NCBI GenBank assembly: GCA_045803545.1
Contig: JBJMOW010000005.1
Span: 128,001 to 192,000, forward strand
Direction of reading: 5' to 3'
DNA from: Gemmatimonadaceae bacterium
Lineage (GTDB): Bacteria; Gemmatimonadota; Gemmatimonadetes; Gemmatimonadales; Gemmatimonadaceae
DNA: 64,000 bases
Made by a program: the position numbers and the translations under genes. The notes below the pieces were generated by a model, which worked only from the letters and a program-made list of their open reading frames with translations, was not told the origin of the DNA and made no database searches. Shown here one piece after another: positions 19,504 through 29,205 of this stretch (position 1 is the first letter of the stretch; every line of letters starts with the position of its first letter).

Positions 19504-20253
19504 CTACTCCTTTCGGGCAACGAGCATCATCTCCGACGAAGTCCGGCGCAGGGGCTTGTCTGAGAAGCTCTCGTAGGTCCGTTCGACCACCAATCCGTTC
19601 TCGTTAAGCAGTTCAGAAAGGCGACTCGCCGTGTAGAGTCTGATGCTGTGCTCTCGCGCTCCCTGCTGCTTTCCACGGGTCCATGTGGACCGAACGGTCA
19701 GCAATCCTGACAACGGATCGAATTCTCTCTCCTGCGCAAAAAGAGTTTTATCCGAGGTCCACCAGTCCCGCGCCAGAAAACGCGCCATCACCCCGTCACG
19801 ACTGCCACCATGCCAGACGAGGATTCCACCCGGCTTCAACACACGCGCGAACTCCCTGATCACGCGAGCATCCTCGGCGGGGTGCACAAAGAAGCCGAAC
19901 GAAGTGAAGAGGTTGAGCACGGCATCGAAGCGGCCCGTCCAGCTCGCCGGCAGCCTGCGCATGTCGCCCTGCGTGTAACGAAGAGAGGGCCCGGTTCCCC
20001 GTTTTCGCGCGAAGCGTAGAAGGTCGCGTGAATAATCGAGGCCGTCCACATCGTACCCCGCTTCTGCCAGCAAATGTGCGTGGCGACCCTGGCCGCACGG
20101 CACATCAAGTATTCGCGCACCTACTGGCAGCGACAACACATCGAGCAATCGCGCTACTTCGCGTCTATCACCTTCGGGAGTAAAAAGCGGCTTGTACTCG
20201 AGGAGATAGTGGGCGTCGAACGCTGATTCCCACCACTCTTGGCGCTTTTTCAG
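19504..20253 (-). CDS. Class I SAM-dependent methyltransferase (start proposed at CTG 20253)
   Basis: [21 protein letters not shown]. Frame is open upstream of TTG 20148 through [13 protein letters not shown] to a CTG overlapping the mutase stop. Confidence 0.85.
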   Translation of the reverse strand: MKKRQEWWESAFDAHYLLEYKPLFTPEGDRREVARLLDVLSLPVGARILDVPCGQGRHAHLLAEAGYDVDGLDYSRDLLRFARKRGTGPSLRYTQGDMRRLPASWTGRFDAVLNLFTSFGFFVHPAEDARVIREFARVLKPGGILVWHGGSRDGVMARFLARDWWTSDKTLFAQEREFDPLSGLLTVRSTWTRGKQQGAREHSIRLYTASRLSELLNENGLVVERTYESFSDKPLRRTSSEMMLVARKE

Positions 20254-21971
20254 AAGAACACTGGCTCGCGGTAGGCGCCGAACACTTTCTCCATTGCGGC
20301 GCGAATTTCATAGAGGGTGCAGTACGCGCGGGCACAATCCAGAATGAACGGCATCAGGTTTTCACTCGTCGCCGCCGCCTTGGTCAGCGCATCGAGCTTC
20401 TGCTGGACTTTCTTATCGTCCCGCTTGGCACGCATCGCTGCCATCGCCTTCTTCTGATCGCGCTCGGTTTCCTCTGCGATCTTGAGCGTCTCGATTTTCA
20501 GCTCCGGCTCGTCAGTGACAAATTCGTTGACGCCGACGATAATGCGCCGATGCTGCTCGATCTCCCACTGTTGACGAGCCGCAGACTCGTTGATGCGCCG
20601 CTGCAGCCAGCCCGTCTCCAGACCACGCACCACTCCGCCAATCTCCTCGATCTGCGTGAATAGGGTTTCGGCTTCGCGTTCGAGCTCGGTTGTCAGAGTC
20701 TCCACGTAGTACGAGCCGCCCAGGGGGTCGATCACGTTTGGCACGCCGGACTCATAGGCGAGAATCTGCTGCGTCCGCAGAGCAAGCCGCACTGAGTCCT
20801 CGGTCGGCAGCGCCAGCGTCTCGTCCATTGAGTTGGTGTGCAGGGACTGCGTGCCGCCAAGTGCCGCCGCCATCGCCTGATAAGCGACACGCACCACGTT
20901 GTTCATGGGCTGTTGCGCAGTGAGCGTCACCCCGGCGGTTTGCGAATGGAATCGCATCATCAGCGAGCGCGGGTCCTTGGCACCGTAACGCTCCTTCATA
21001 TGGCGCGCCCAGATCCGGCGCGCCGCGCGCAGCTTGGCGATCTCCTCGAAGAAATCGTTGTGGATGTCCCAGAAGAAAGACAAACGGGGCGCGAACGTAT
21101 CGACGTTCAAGCCCCGTGCAATTCCCCGTTCCACGTAAGTGAATCCATCGGCGAGAGTAAACGCGAGCTCCTGCGCCGCCGTGGCGCCCGCCTCGCGAAT
21201 ATGGTAGCCGCTGATTGAAATCGTATTCCATTGCGGCACATGCTCGGCGGACCACTCGAAACAATCCACGATAAGTCGAAGTGCGGGCTCGATCGGATAA
21301 ACCCAGGCGTGCTGCGCCATGTATTCCTTCAGAATGTCATTCTGAATCGTGCCCCGCAGCTTTCGTGAATCGACGCCCTGCTTTTCCGCTGCCGCGATAT
21401 AAAAGCAGTAGAGAATGACGGCGGGCCCATTGATGGTCATCGACGTGGAGACCTGATCGAGCGGGATGCCGTCGAACAGCGTTTCCATGTCTGCGAGACT
21501 GGAGATCGCAACGCCGCACTTGCCGACTTCACCCTCCGACCGCGGATGATCCGAGTCGTAGCCCATCAAAGTCGGGAAATCGAACGCAACCGACAGACCG
21601 GTTTGCCCGTGCTCGAGGAGGAACTTGTAGCGCTCGTTCGTATCGTGCGCTGAGCCGAAGCCCGCGAACTGACGCATCGTCCACAGCTTGCCACGGTAGC
21701 CAGTCGCGTGAACGCCGCGCGTATACGGGTAGATCCCTGGCATTCCGAGGGCATCGGCGCTGGTCTCAGCCGCGTCGAGCGGTGTGTAGAGCGGCTGGAC
21801 TTCTCGTTCAGAATTGGTGAAGGCTATGTCGCGCAGCTCGCCGCTTTCGTACTTACGGCGCCATTCTGCCACTTCCTTTCGCAGCAGACGCAACTCGGCG
21901 CTCTGCTCCTCGATCGTGGAGTCGAGATCGCTTTCAGGTGGCTTCGAATTGGAGCGTTTGAGTTTCGTCAT
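20250..21971 (-). CDS. B12-dependent acyl-CoA mutase large subunit, isobutyryl-CoA-mutase-type residues
   Basis: [45 protein letters not shown]. No fused B12 domain. Confidence 0.92.
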   Translation of the reverse strand: MTKLKRSNSKPPESDLDSTIEEQSAELRLLRKEVAEWRRKYESGELRDIAFTNSEREVQPLYTPLDAAETSADALGMPGIYPYTRGVHATGYRGKLWTMRQFAGFGSAHDTNERYKFLLEHGQTGLSVAFDFPTLMGYDSDHPRSEGEVGKCGVAISSLADMETLFDGIPLDQVSTSMTINGPAVILYCFYIAAAEKQGVDSRKLRGTIQNDILKEYMAQHAWVYPIEPALRLIVDCFEWSAEHVPQWNTISISGYHIREAGATAAQELAFTLADGFTYVERGIARGLNVDTFAPRLSFFWDIHNDFFEEIAKLRAARRIWARHMKERYGAKDPRSLMMRFHSQTAGVTLTAQQPMNNVVRVAYQAMAAALGGTQSLHTNSMDETLALPTEDSVRLALRTQQILAYESGVPNVIDPLGGSYYVETLTTELEREAETLFTQIEEIGGVVRGLETGWLQRRINESAARQQWEIEQHRRIIVGVNEFVTDEPELKIETLKIAEETERDQKKAMAAMRAKRDDKKVQQKLDALTKAAATSENLMPFILDCARAYCTLYEIRAAMEKVFGAYREPVFF

Positions 21972-23039
21972 TCAGGTTTCTTCTCCACGTACGAGCTCCG
22001 CGCTCTGCCGCAACAGTTGATCGGCTACCGAAAAGGGCGTGCTGCGCCCCTCCTCCACCGATGGCAACTGCTGTTCGAGCCAGCTCATCGTCCCGGTGTC
22101 TTTCCAAAGCCGGCCGCGGATCTTCTGCTCCACAACGTCCATCACGCGTTCACGCATCCTTTCGCGTCTTCGCGCGTGCAGCTGTCCACTTTCCTCAAGA
22201 TAAGCAAAGTGACGATCCAACGCGGCGACCAGTTCGTCAACGCCTTCCTGCTTTGTAGCAACGGTTCGCAACACGGGCGGCGTCCAGACTTTCGGCGCCG
22301 GATCGGCAGCCGCCTCGCGCGCCATCCGCGCCGGATTGAATTTCTTGAGGTCGACACCGTGATGCGCCGGTACTTTGTCGAAGGAAACTCCTTTGCGGAG
22401 TCCGAGCATTAGCTCGACGTCATTTCGCAGGCGATCGGCGCCGGGCCGGTCCGACTTGTTGATGACGAAGATATCGGCTGCCTCCATGATGCCGGCTTTG
22501 AGAGTCTGGATCGCATCGCCGGATTCGGGTACCAGAATCAGAACCGTGGAGTCCGCGGTGCGCGCGACATCGAGCTCGGACTGACCGACTCCAACCGTCT
22601 CGATGACGATCCGATCAAATCCGAATGCATCGAAGACGTCAGCAACCTCGCGCGTGGCAGCCGCGAGACCGCCGAGCGAACCGCGGGTCGCCATCGATCG
22701 AATGAAGACGCCAGTGTCGAGGGCGACGTTTTCCATCCGCACGCGATCCCCGAGTAGCGCGCCACCGGTAAACGGCGAGGTCGGATCGACCGCAATTACG
22801 CCAACCTTCAGCCCCGCGTCGCGGTAACGTTTTACCAGAAGCGCCGTGATGCTGCTCTTGCCAGCGCCAGGAGGTCCGGTGAGGCCAATCCGTCTCGCCC
22901 GACCGACGCGAGGATGCAATTCGCCCAGAATATCCTCGAAGTCATCGCGGTGATTCTCGACGATGCTGACGACACGGGCCAATGCCGGAGTCTTCCCCGC
23001 ATTGAACTCTCCGAGCACCCGCTCAGACGACGCGCGCAA
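21972..23039 (-). CDS. meaB: MeaB/ArgK GTPase, acyl-CoA mutase chaperone
   Basis: GPPGAGKS, VDPTSPFTGGALLGDR, ETVGVGQSE, NKSD. Confidence 0.95.
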   Translation of the reverse strand: MRASSERVLGEFNAGKTPALARVVSIVENHRDDFEDILGELHPRVGRARRIGLTGPPGAGKSSITALLVKRYRDAGLKVGVIAVDPTSPFTGGALLGDRVRMENVALDTGVFIRSMATRGSLGGLAAATREVADVFDAFGFDRIVIETVGVGQSELDVARTADSTVLILVPESGDAIQTLKAGIMEAADIFVINKSDRPGADRLRNDVELMLGLRKGVSFDKVPAHHGVDLKKFNPARMAREAAADPAPKVWTPPVLRTVATKQEGVDELVAALDRHFAYLEESGQLHARRRERMRERVMDVVEQKIRGRLWKDTGTMSWLEQQLPSVEEGRSTPFSVADQLLRQSAELVRGEET

Positions 23040-23445
23040 GAATCCTCTCCTGTCTTCGCCACATCGGTGATTTCATGCGATCCGCATTGTCGGGGTGGTC
23101 ATATCCGAGCACGTGGAGAGTGCCGTGCACGACCAGGCGCAGCAATTCGTCGGTCGCCGTGACCCCCTGACTTCGGGCGTTAGCCCGCGCGACTTCAGGG
23201 CAAATGTAAATATCTCCGATCACTGCGCTGCGGTTCCCGCCCCCCGCGAATCCGAACGAGATGACGTCGGTCGGGCCGCGATGCCTAAGGTACTTCTGAT
23301 TCATGCGCGCGATGGCCGTCGCGCCGACGAAGGCAACCGAGATCATCGCATCCCGAATTCCTTCCACTTTCAATGCGGCGAGGACTGCTGATTTCACACG
23401 TGCCTGGGAAACACCGATTCGTTGTACGCTCGACGAAACCGCCAC
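23023..23445 (-). CDS. ybeY: rRNA maturation endoribonuclease YbeY (start may extend to CTG 23493)
   Basis: PTDVISF, GDIYIC, HGTLHVLGYDH. Confidence 0.95.
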   Translation of the reverse strand: MAVSSSVQRIGVSQARVKSAVLAALKVEGIRDAMISVAFVGATAIARMNQKYLRHRGPTDVISFGFAGGGNRSAVIGDIYICPEVARANARSQGVTATDELLRLVVHGTLHVLGYDHPDNADRMKSPMWRRQERILARVV

Positions 23446-23489
23446 CGCAGGCTGGCGATTAGAAGCCCGACCGGCGCGGCGAGCTCGCT

Positions 23490-24452
23490 TCAGACTCCCG
23501 AATCTTCCGCGTACGCCTTGATGATCTCGCGCACCAGTCGATGGCGGACCACATCGGCGTCGCTAAGGTAATGAAATCCGATGCCTTCGATGCCGGGCAA
23601 AATGCGCTCGATTTGCACGAGGCCCGAGTCTTCTCGTTTCGGAAGATCGATCTGGGTTTTGTCGCCGGTGATGACAGCCTTCGAGTTAACGCCGAGGCGA
23701 GTCAGGAACATCTTCATTTGCGCGGTCGTCGCGTTTTGCGCTTCATCGAGAATCACGAAGGCGTCGGCGAGCGTACGACCGCGCATGTAAGCGAGCGGGG
23801 CAATCTCGATGGTGCGGGTCTCGAGCGATTTCTGCACTCGCTCGTGCGGCATCATGTCTTCGAGTGCGTCGTACAACGGCCGCAGATACGGATCGACCTT
23901 CGCCTGCATGTCGCCAGGCAGGAATCCGAGGCTCTCACCGGCTTCGACGGCGGGGCGCGCCAGAACGATGCGACGCACTCGCTTACGTGCTAAGGCGTCG
24001 ACCGCCGCTGCCACGGCCAGATATGTCTTGCCGGTTCCTGCCGGACCGATTCCGACGACGATATCATTGTCGGCCATCAGCTTCATGTACTCCGCCTGGC
24101 CGCTCGTCTTCGGCTGGATGATTTTGCGGACGCCGGGGAGAACGATTCGCGCTTCGTTGTCGCCGCCATTCCCGTTCCCCTCGCCGCGGCCGCCTTCGAT
24201 GGTCATCCGCAACACGTCATCGGCGGTGAGTGGCATTTGCTGTTTCGCGGTGTCGATCATCCGCTGTGCGATCGGAATGGTGCGCGCTACTGCCTCACTG
24301 TTTCCGCTTATCGCCAGGGTCTCGCCCCGCAGGGCGATCTTGGTGCCTGTCTGCCGCGCCAGCTCGACGAGATTCTCATCGTTTACTCCAGCGAGGGTCA
24401 GCATGTCCGCTCCCTCGGTGGACAGGCGCTGGATGGTGGTCTCTTCGCTCAC
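23490..24452 (-). CDS. phoH: PhoH family ATPase
   Basis: GPAGTGKT, RPAVEAGE, LGFLPG, YMRGRT, DEAQN. Confidence 0.95.
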   Translation of the reverse strand: MSEETTIQRLSTEGADMLTLAGVNDENLVELARQTGTKIALRGETLAISGNSEAVARTIPIAQRMIDTAKQQMPLTADDVLRMTIEGGRGEGNGNGGDNEARIVLPGVRKIIQPKTSGQAEYMKLMADNDIVVGIGPAGTGKTYLAVAAAVDALARKRVRRIVLARPAVEAGESLGFLPGDMQAKVDPYLRPLYDALEDMMPHERVQKSLETRTIEIAPLAYMRGRTLADAFVILDEAQNATTAQMKMFLTRLGVNSKAVITGDKTQIDLPKREDSGLVQIERILPGIEGIGFHYLSDADVVRHRLVREIIKAYAEDSGV

Positions 24453-24453
24453 G

Positions 24454-26244
24454 TCAACTCGTTGTGTTTTGAATATGAAGTTCCCTTAGGTCTTCAGGTG
24501 GAATCGGGGTGGGCGCATCCTCGAACAGTGCACGCGCCGCAGTGGTCTTGGGGAATGCAATCACATCGCGCAATGACGATGCTCCAGCGAGCATCATTGC
24601 AATGCGATCGAAGCCTAGTGCGATGCCACCGTGTGGCGGCGCGCCCGCCTTCAGGGCATCGAGCAGGAATCCGAAGCGGTGCTGCGCCTGCTCCTCGTTG
24701 ATACCCAGCATACCGAGCATTCTCCGCTGCAGGGCGGGATCATTGATGCGGATGCTTCCGCCGCCGAGCTCGGTGCCGTTGAAGACGACGTCGTAAGCGA
24801 GCGCACGAACTTTTTCCGGCGCTGTGTCGAGCAGTCGCAGGTCTTCCGGATTCGGCGCTGTGAACGGGTGATGGACCGACGTCAACGCGCCGTTCCCTTC
24901 CCGCATGAAGAGTGGAAAATCAGTCACCCACAGGAATGATCTCTTCTCTTCGGACACCAGTGACAGCCTTTGGGCAACATCCTGTCGCACGCGGTCGAGC
25001 GCCGGGTTAGTCACCGCCTCAGGCCCTGCGACCAATAGCGCCAGGTCGCCCTCGCTGATCGCCAGGCGTTGTCCGCCTGTGGCGGTGACGAACTTTGCCG
25101 CCGGCCCTTCCAGACCGTTCGCGCCGCGCTTCAGCCGGATCAGACCACCTGCTCCAGCCGACTTTGCTATCGCTTCGATCTCGTCCAGCTGCTTGCGTGA
25201 AAGCGAGGCCCCGCCTGGAAAGCGAATACCGCGTACGCGCCCGCCGGCGCCGAGGACCGACTTGGTGATGCTGAACTCAGAGTCACGAAATGCGTCGCTG
25301 GCATCGAAGATCTCCAGCTCGTAGCGCATATCAGGTCGATCGGAGCCAAACCGCTCCATCGCATCGGCGTAACTCAGTCGCGGAAAATCCTTTGGAATTT
25401 CATATCCAGCCTCGGCCCAGAGGACGCCGAGCATGCCTTCGGTGAGCCGGATGATATCCTCGGGCTCGATGAACGACGCTTCGATGTCGATCTGAGTGAA
25501 CTCGGGCTGTCGATCGGCGCGCAGGTCCTCATCGCGGAAGCAACGCGCGATCTGGAAATAGCGGTCGAAGCCGGCAACCATCAGTAACTGCTTGTACAGC
25601 TGCGGCGACTGCGGCAGCGCGTAAAACTCCCCTGCGTGGACGCGGCTCGGCACGATGTAGTCGCGCGCGCCTTCCGGCGTCGGCTTGGTGAGAATCGGCG
25701 TTTCGATCTCCAGAAAACCGCGCTCGTCCAGATACCGACGCGTCGCCTGCTGCAGCCGGTGCCGCATGATGAGATTCCGCTGCAGCTCGCTCCGACGCAG
25801 ATCGAGATTGCGGTGTTTCAATCTCAGCTCTTCGGCAGGCAGCTTCTCTCCCTTGCCGCGCGCGACAGGAATCGCCGGAGTCTCAGCCGGTCCAACGATC
25901 GTAAAATTCTGAGCGCGAACCTCGACGTCGCCCGTCTCCATTTCCGCGTTGCGCATTTCAGTCGGACGCGCGGCGACTTCGCCGTCCACGATTACGACGG
26001 TCTCGAGTGGAAGCCTGCCCGCACGCTCGATCACTTCGGTCGGAGTCCACCGTGGATCGAAGGTGACCTGCACGAGTCCGGCTCGGTCGCGAAGGTCGAG
26101 GAAGACGATGCCGCCCAGGTTGCGGGTTCGATGAACCCACCCGCCCAACTTCACTTTCGCGCCGACGTGAGATGGCCTGAGCTCGCCGCTCAGGTGCGTT
26201 CGCTTTGCCGTGGCAAAGCTCGATTGAGGAGCTGTCTTCGTCAG
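24454..26244 (-). CDS. aspS: Aspartate--tRNA ligase (start proposed at CTG 26244)
   Basis: LPQSPQLYKQ, FRDEDLRADRQPEFTQ, PPHGGIALGFDR. The N-terminal RTHLSGELR..HVG segment lies upstream of GTG 26154. Confidence 0.97.
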   Translation of the reverse strand: MTKTAPQSSFATAKRTHLSGELRPSHVGAKVKLGGWVHRTRNLGGIVFLDLRDRAGLVQVTFDPRWTPTEVIERAGRLPLETVVIVDGEVAARPTEMRNAEMETGDVEVRAQNFTIVGPAETPAIPVARGKGEKLPAEELRLKHRNLDLRRSELQRNLIMRHRLQQATRRYLDERGFLEIETPILTKPTPEGARDYIVPSRVHAGEFYALPQSPQLYKQLLMVAGFDRYFQIARCFRDEDLRADRQPEFTQIDIEASFIEPEDIIRLTEGMLGVLWAEAGYEIPKDFPRLSYADAMERFGSDRPDMRYELEIFDASDAFRDSEFSITKSVLGAGGRVRGIRFPGGASLSRKQLDEIEAIAKSAGAGGLIRLKRGANGLEGPAAKFVTATGGQRLAISEGDLALLVAGPEAVTNPALDRVRQDVAQRLSLVSEEKRSFLWVTDFPLFMREGNGALTSVHHPFTAPNPEDLRLLDTAPEKVRALAYDVVFNGTELGGGSIRINDPALQRRMLGMLGINEEQAQHRFGFLLDALKAGAPPHGGIALGFDRIAMMLAGASSLRDVIAFPKTTAARALFEDAPTPIPPEDLRELHIQNTTS

Positions 26245-26318
26245 CGCTGGAACCGTGGGTCGAATAAGGTGTTGAGAGGGGTTAAATTTAGTAACTGCAT
26301 AGACTTGGTGGAAGGAGC

Positions 26319-27431
26319 ATGAACGACAATCGCAACGATCGGGAGGCCGCGGACAACCGCGTCAATCTCCTCAACATGCTCCCATCCGAGGCGGAGGCCG
26401 TGTTGCGCGCGTTCGCCGTGGAGCACGGCGAGAAACCGTTCCGCGGATCGCAGATTGTTCGGCGGCTCTGGCAAAACCCGGTCGACTCCTTCGCGGATAT
26501 GACGGACCTGCCGCTCGCCTTCCGCACTCTGCTCGGTGAGCACTTTACGATGCCGCGCCTGACACTAGCAACTCGGCAGACTTCAGCGGACGGGACCGAG
26601 AAATTTCTCTTCCGTCTTCAGGACGGCGAGTTCATCGAGACTGTCGCCATACCCGAAGGCTCGCGCCTCACACTTTGCATCTCGTCGCAGGCAGGCTGTG
26701 CGCTCCAGTGCGCGTTCTGCGCGACGGGAGCAATGGGATTTACGCGCAATCTCCAGCTGTTCGAGATCGCCGGCCAGGTTCGCGAGACGAAGCTGCTCGC
26801 TCCTCCGAAGCAGGTGACGAACGTCGTGTTCATGGGGATGGGCGAACCACTCATGAACTGGAAGGCTGTCGATCCAACCCTGACGGTGTTGAACTCGCCA
26901 GCCGGCTTCGGCATTGGAGCGCGGCATATCACCGTTTCCACCGTCGGCGTGCTGCCTGGGATCGTCGCGCTGGGGAAGCGTCAGGAACAATTCCGCCTGG
27001 CGTTCTCCATTCACGCGCCGACCGACGAGCTGCGCCAATCGCTGATGCCGATCAATACAAAATATCCTCTGGATGCCGTCATCGACGCCGCGAGAGTCTT
27101 CGTGCGACGAGTGACCTTCGAGTACGTGATGCTTGGTGGAATCAACGACGCCGATGAGCAAGCGGCACAGCTTGCCGCGCTAGCGCGCGACTGCGGCGCT
27201 TTCATCAACCTCATCCCGTTGCACCCTGGCGGTGCGGGGGATTTCACGCCTACTACTCCGCAGCGCATTGCTGCGTTCGCGCGCAGGGTCAGAGAGCGCG
27301 GCGTAGAAGTGGCGATTCGCAAAAGCCGCGGAATGGACATCGCCGCGGCATGCGGACAGTTACGGGTGGAACGGCAGCGGCGGCGGCCGCCAGTCGGCCC
27401 CAATGATGACGGTAACGTCCAGGTAGCGTGA
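26319..27431 (+). CDS. rlmN: 23S rRNA m2A2503/tRNA radical-SAM methyltransferase RlmN
   Basis: CALQCAFC, MGMGEP, AACGQL. Confidence 0.96.
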   Translation: MNDNRNDREAADNRVNLLNMLPSEAEAVLRAFAVEHGEKPFRGSQIVRRLWQNPVDSFADMTDLPLAFRTLLGEHFTMPRLTLATRQTSADGTEKFLFRLQDGEFIETVAIPEGSRLTLCISSQAGCALQCAFCATGAMGFTRNLQLFEIAGQVRETKLLAPPKQVTNVVFMGMGEPLMNWKAVDPTLTVLNSPAGFGIGARHITVSTVGVLPGIVALGKRQEQFRLAFSIHAPTDELRQSLMPINTKYPLDAVIDAARVFVRRVTFEYVMLGGINDADEQAAQLAALARDCGAFINLIPLHPGGAGDFTPTTPQRIAAFARRVRERGVEVAIRKSRGMDIAAACGQLRVERQRRRPPVGPNDDGNVQVA

Positions 27432-27809
27432 GCTGTCCGGTCGCGAGACGACCGGCGCATTCATCGCTCTTCCCACCAGCCGCGCCCACTCAGGGTGCGA
27501 CGACCGATCGTAGACGACCGACTTTGCGCGTGGCTCGGTCTCGTTTCCCGAGCCGACGACATCGAATCCTCGATCGCGCAGGAGACTGGTCGCTTTGCGC
27601 GCCAGGCCACGGGTCTTCGTCGCGTTGAGCACTTCGACCTTGATTCGTACGCCGTCGGGCGCGCGGGCATCGTCGGGAACAGCGGGTTCGGATGGGTTCG
27701 AGAATGAGCGCAGCGCGAACCACACTATGGCGCCGAGGACTGCGAGAATCAGCAGAACAACGATGAAGCGGCCGTAGCGGCGACGACGGGGCCTCGTCGG
27801 CCCGGTCAC
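27360..27809 (-). CDS. LytR C-terminal domain membrane-anchored protein
   Basis: N-terminal TM, VEVLNA..GLA, DVTVIIGAD. Confidence 0.85.
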   Translation of the reverse strand: MTGPTRPRRRRYGRFIVVLLILAVLGAIVWFALRSFSNPSEPAVPDDARAPDGVRIKVEVLNATKTRGLARKATSLLRDRGFDVVGSGNETEPRAKSVVYDRSSHPEWARLVGRAMNAPVVSRPDSSRYLDVTVIIGADWRPPPLPFHP

Positions 27810-28351
27810 CGCAGGCTATTCCAGAGCTCGACGGTTTCGGGGAAGATGTGATTTCCTTCACGCACCGACCACTCGAGTCGGAAACGCACCACCTGGCGAA
27901 AGACTCCGTCGAAATTGTGCGGCACCTGGCTCGCCAGGAACCCACGATCCTCAGCGAGGAATTTTCTGCCCGGCTCCAGATAGTCCGCCATATAGAGCGC
28001 GCGACCCGTACGGTCCCAGTTTGCGTGACCGACGGTGTGATAACGGATCGCCTCGAGCAGATTCTTTCTTTGCTCGCCTTCGCCTTCGAGTTTGATCGCG
28101 ACCGCGGGTCCATGCAGCAGGCCATCGGGCGAGCTCCGGTCGCCGGTGATTTCGCGCAGCTCCTGCACCGGCGCATCGCGAAGCGCGTCGTGCCACGTGC
28201 CCGCATCGATCCACGCATTGGCTTCGTCGGCGGGGACGCGCATCGCCGCGCCCCACGCTCGCAATAGCGACGTCACGCGCTGAATGTGCGCGAATCGGCG
28301 CTCGCTTACTTGTGCCCACGACGGAAGCCCGGAGGCCTGTAGTTGCAGCAT
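27806..28351 (-). CDS. yqeK: HD-domain protein, YqeK-like (Ap4A hydrolase family)
   Basis: RFAH..V, WHD, LLHG, AIRYHT, ADYLEPGR. Confidence 0.8.
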   Translation of the reverse strand: MLQLQASGLPSWAQVSERRFAHIQRVTSLLRAWGAAMRVPADEANAWIDAGTWHDALRDAPVQELREITGDRSSPDGLLHGPAVAIKLEGEGEQRKNLLEAIRYHTVGHANWDRTGRALYMADYLEPGRKFLAEDRGFLASQVPHNFDGVFRQVVRFRLEWSVREGNHIFPETVELWNSLR

Positions 28352-29193
28352 CAGAAGATGATGTTGTCGATCAGTCTCGTTTCGCCAACCCGAACCGCGC
28401 CAACGGCGGCGTCGCCATGTCGCACGGTATTCACCCGCTGGAAGGTGTCGGCATTTACGACCGCCAGGTAGCGGGGCGTGAGACCCGGCACTCGCTCGAG
28501 CATTCGCCAGCCAATCGCTTCCAATGCGCTTGCCCGGCGCTCACCACGTTGGAATGCATCACGCAGACCGAACAACGCCTGCGAGAGCTTGAGCCCAAGC
28601 TCGCGATCTTTCGGCGACAGGTATCGGTTCCGGCTCGACATCGCCATGCCGTCCGGATCTCTAACGATCGGCGCGACGAGAATTCCGAGCGGGAAGTTGA
28701 GATCGCGGATCATCGACTTTACGGTCGCAACCTGCTGCAAATCCTTCTGGCCGAATACCGCGACGTCCGGCATCACGATGTGAAAAAGCTTGGCGACAAC
28801 CGTCAGCACTCCCTCGAAGTGGTGCGGGCGCTGCGCACCTTCCCACTCTTTGCCGACCGAGCCCGAGTGCACCTGCACAACCGGCGCGTACGACGGATAC
28901 ATGTCCTCCTTCGTCGGCGTGAACAGGAAATCGACACCGCGCTGCTGCGCCAACGCAGAATCGTGGTCGAGAGTGCGCGGATAGCGGGCAAAATCTTCGT
29001 TGGGCCCGAACTGTAAAGGGTTGACGAAGATGCTCATCACCACGACATCGCCAACACGCCTCGCCTCATCGACCAGCTTGAGGTGCCCTTCGTGGAGTGC
29101 CCCCATCGTTGGCACCAGCGAGATGCTTTTGCCCTGAGCCCGCGCGTTAGCGACGACACTTCTCATCTCGGCGATCGTTTCGACCAGCTGCAT
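28351..29193 (-). CDS. panC: Pantoate--beta-alanine ligase
   Basis: VPTMGALHEGH, FGQKD, AMSSRN, RLIDN. Confidence 0.98.
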   Translation of the reverse strand: MQLVETIAEMRSVVANARAQGKSISLVPTMGALHEGHLKLVDEARRVGDVVVMSIFVNPLQFGPNEDFARYPRTLDHDSALAQQRGVDFLFTPTKEDMYPSYAPVVQVHSGSVGKEWEGAQRPHHFEGVLTVVAKLFHIVMPDVAVFGQKDLQQVATVKSMIRDLNFPLGILVAPIVRDPDGMAMSSRNRYLSPKDRELGLKLSQALFGLRDAFQRGERRASALEAIGWRMLERVPGLTPRYLAVVNADTFQRVNTVRHGDAAVGAVRVGETRLIDNIIF

Positions 29194-29205
29194 TGAAAGA
29201 CAGCC

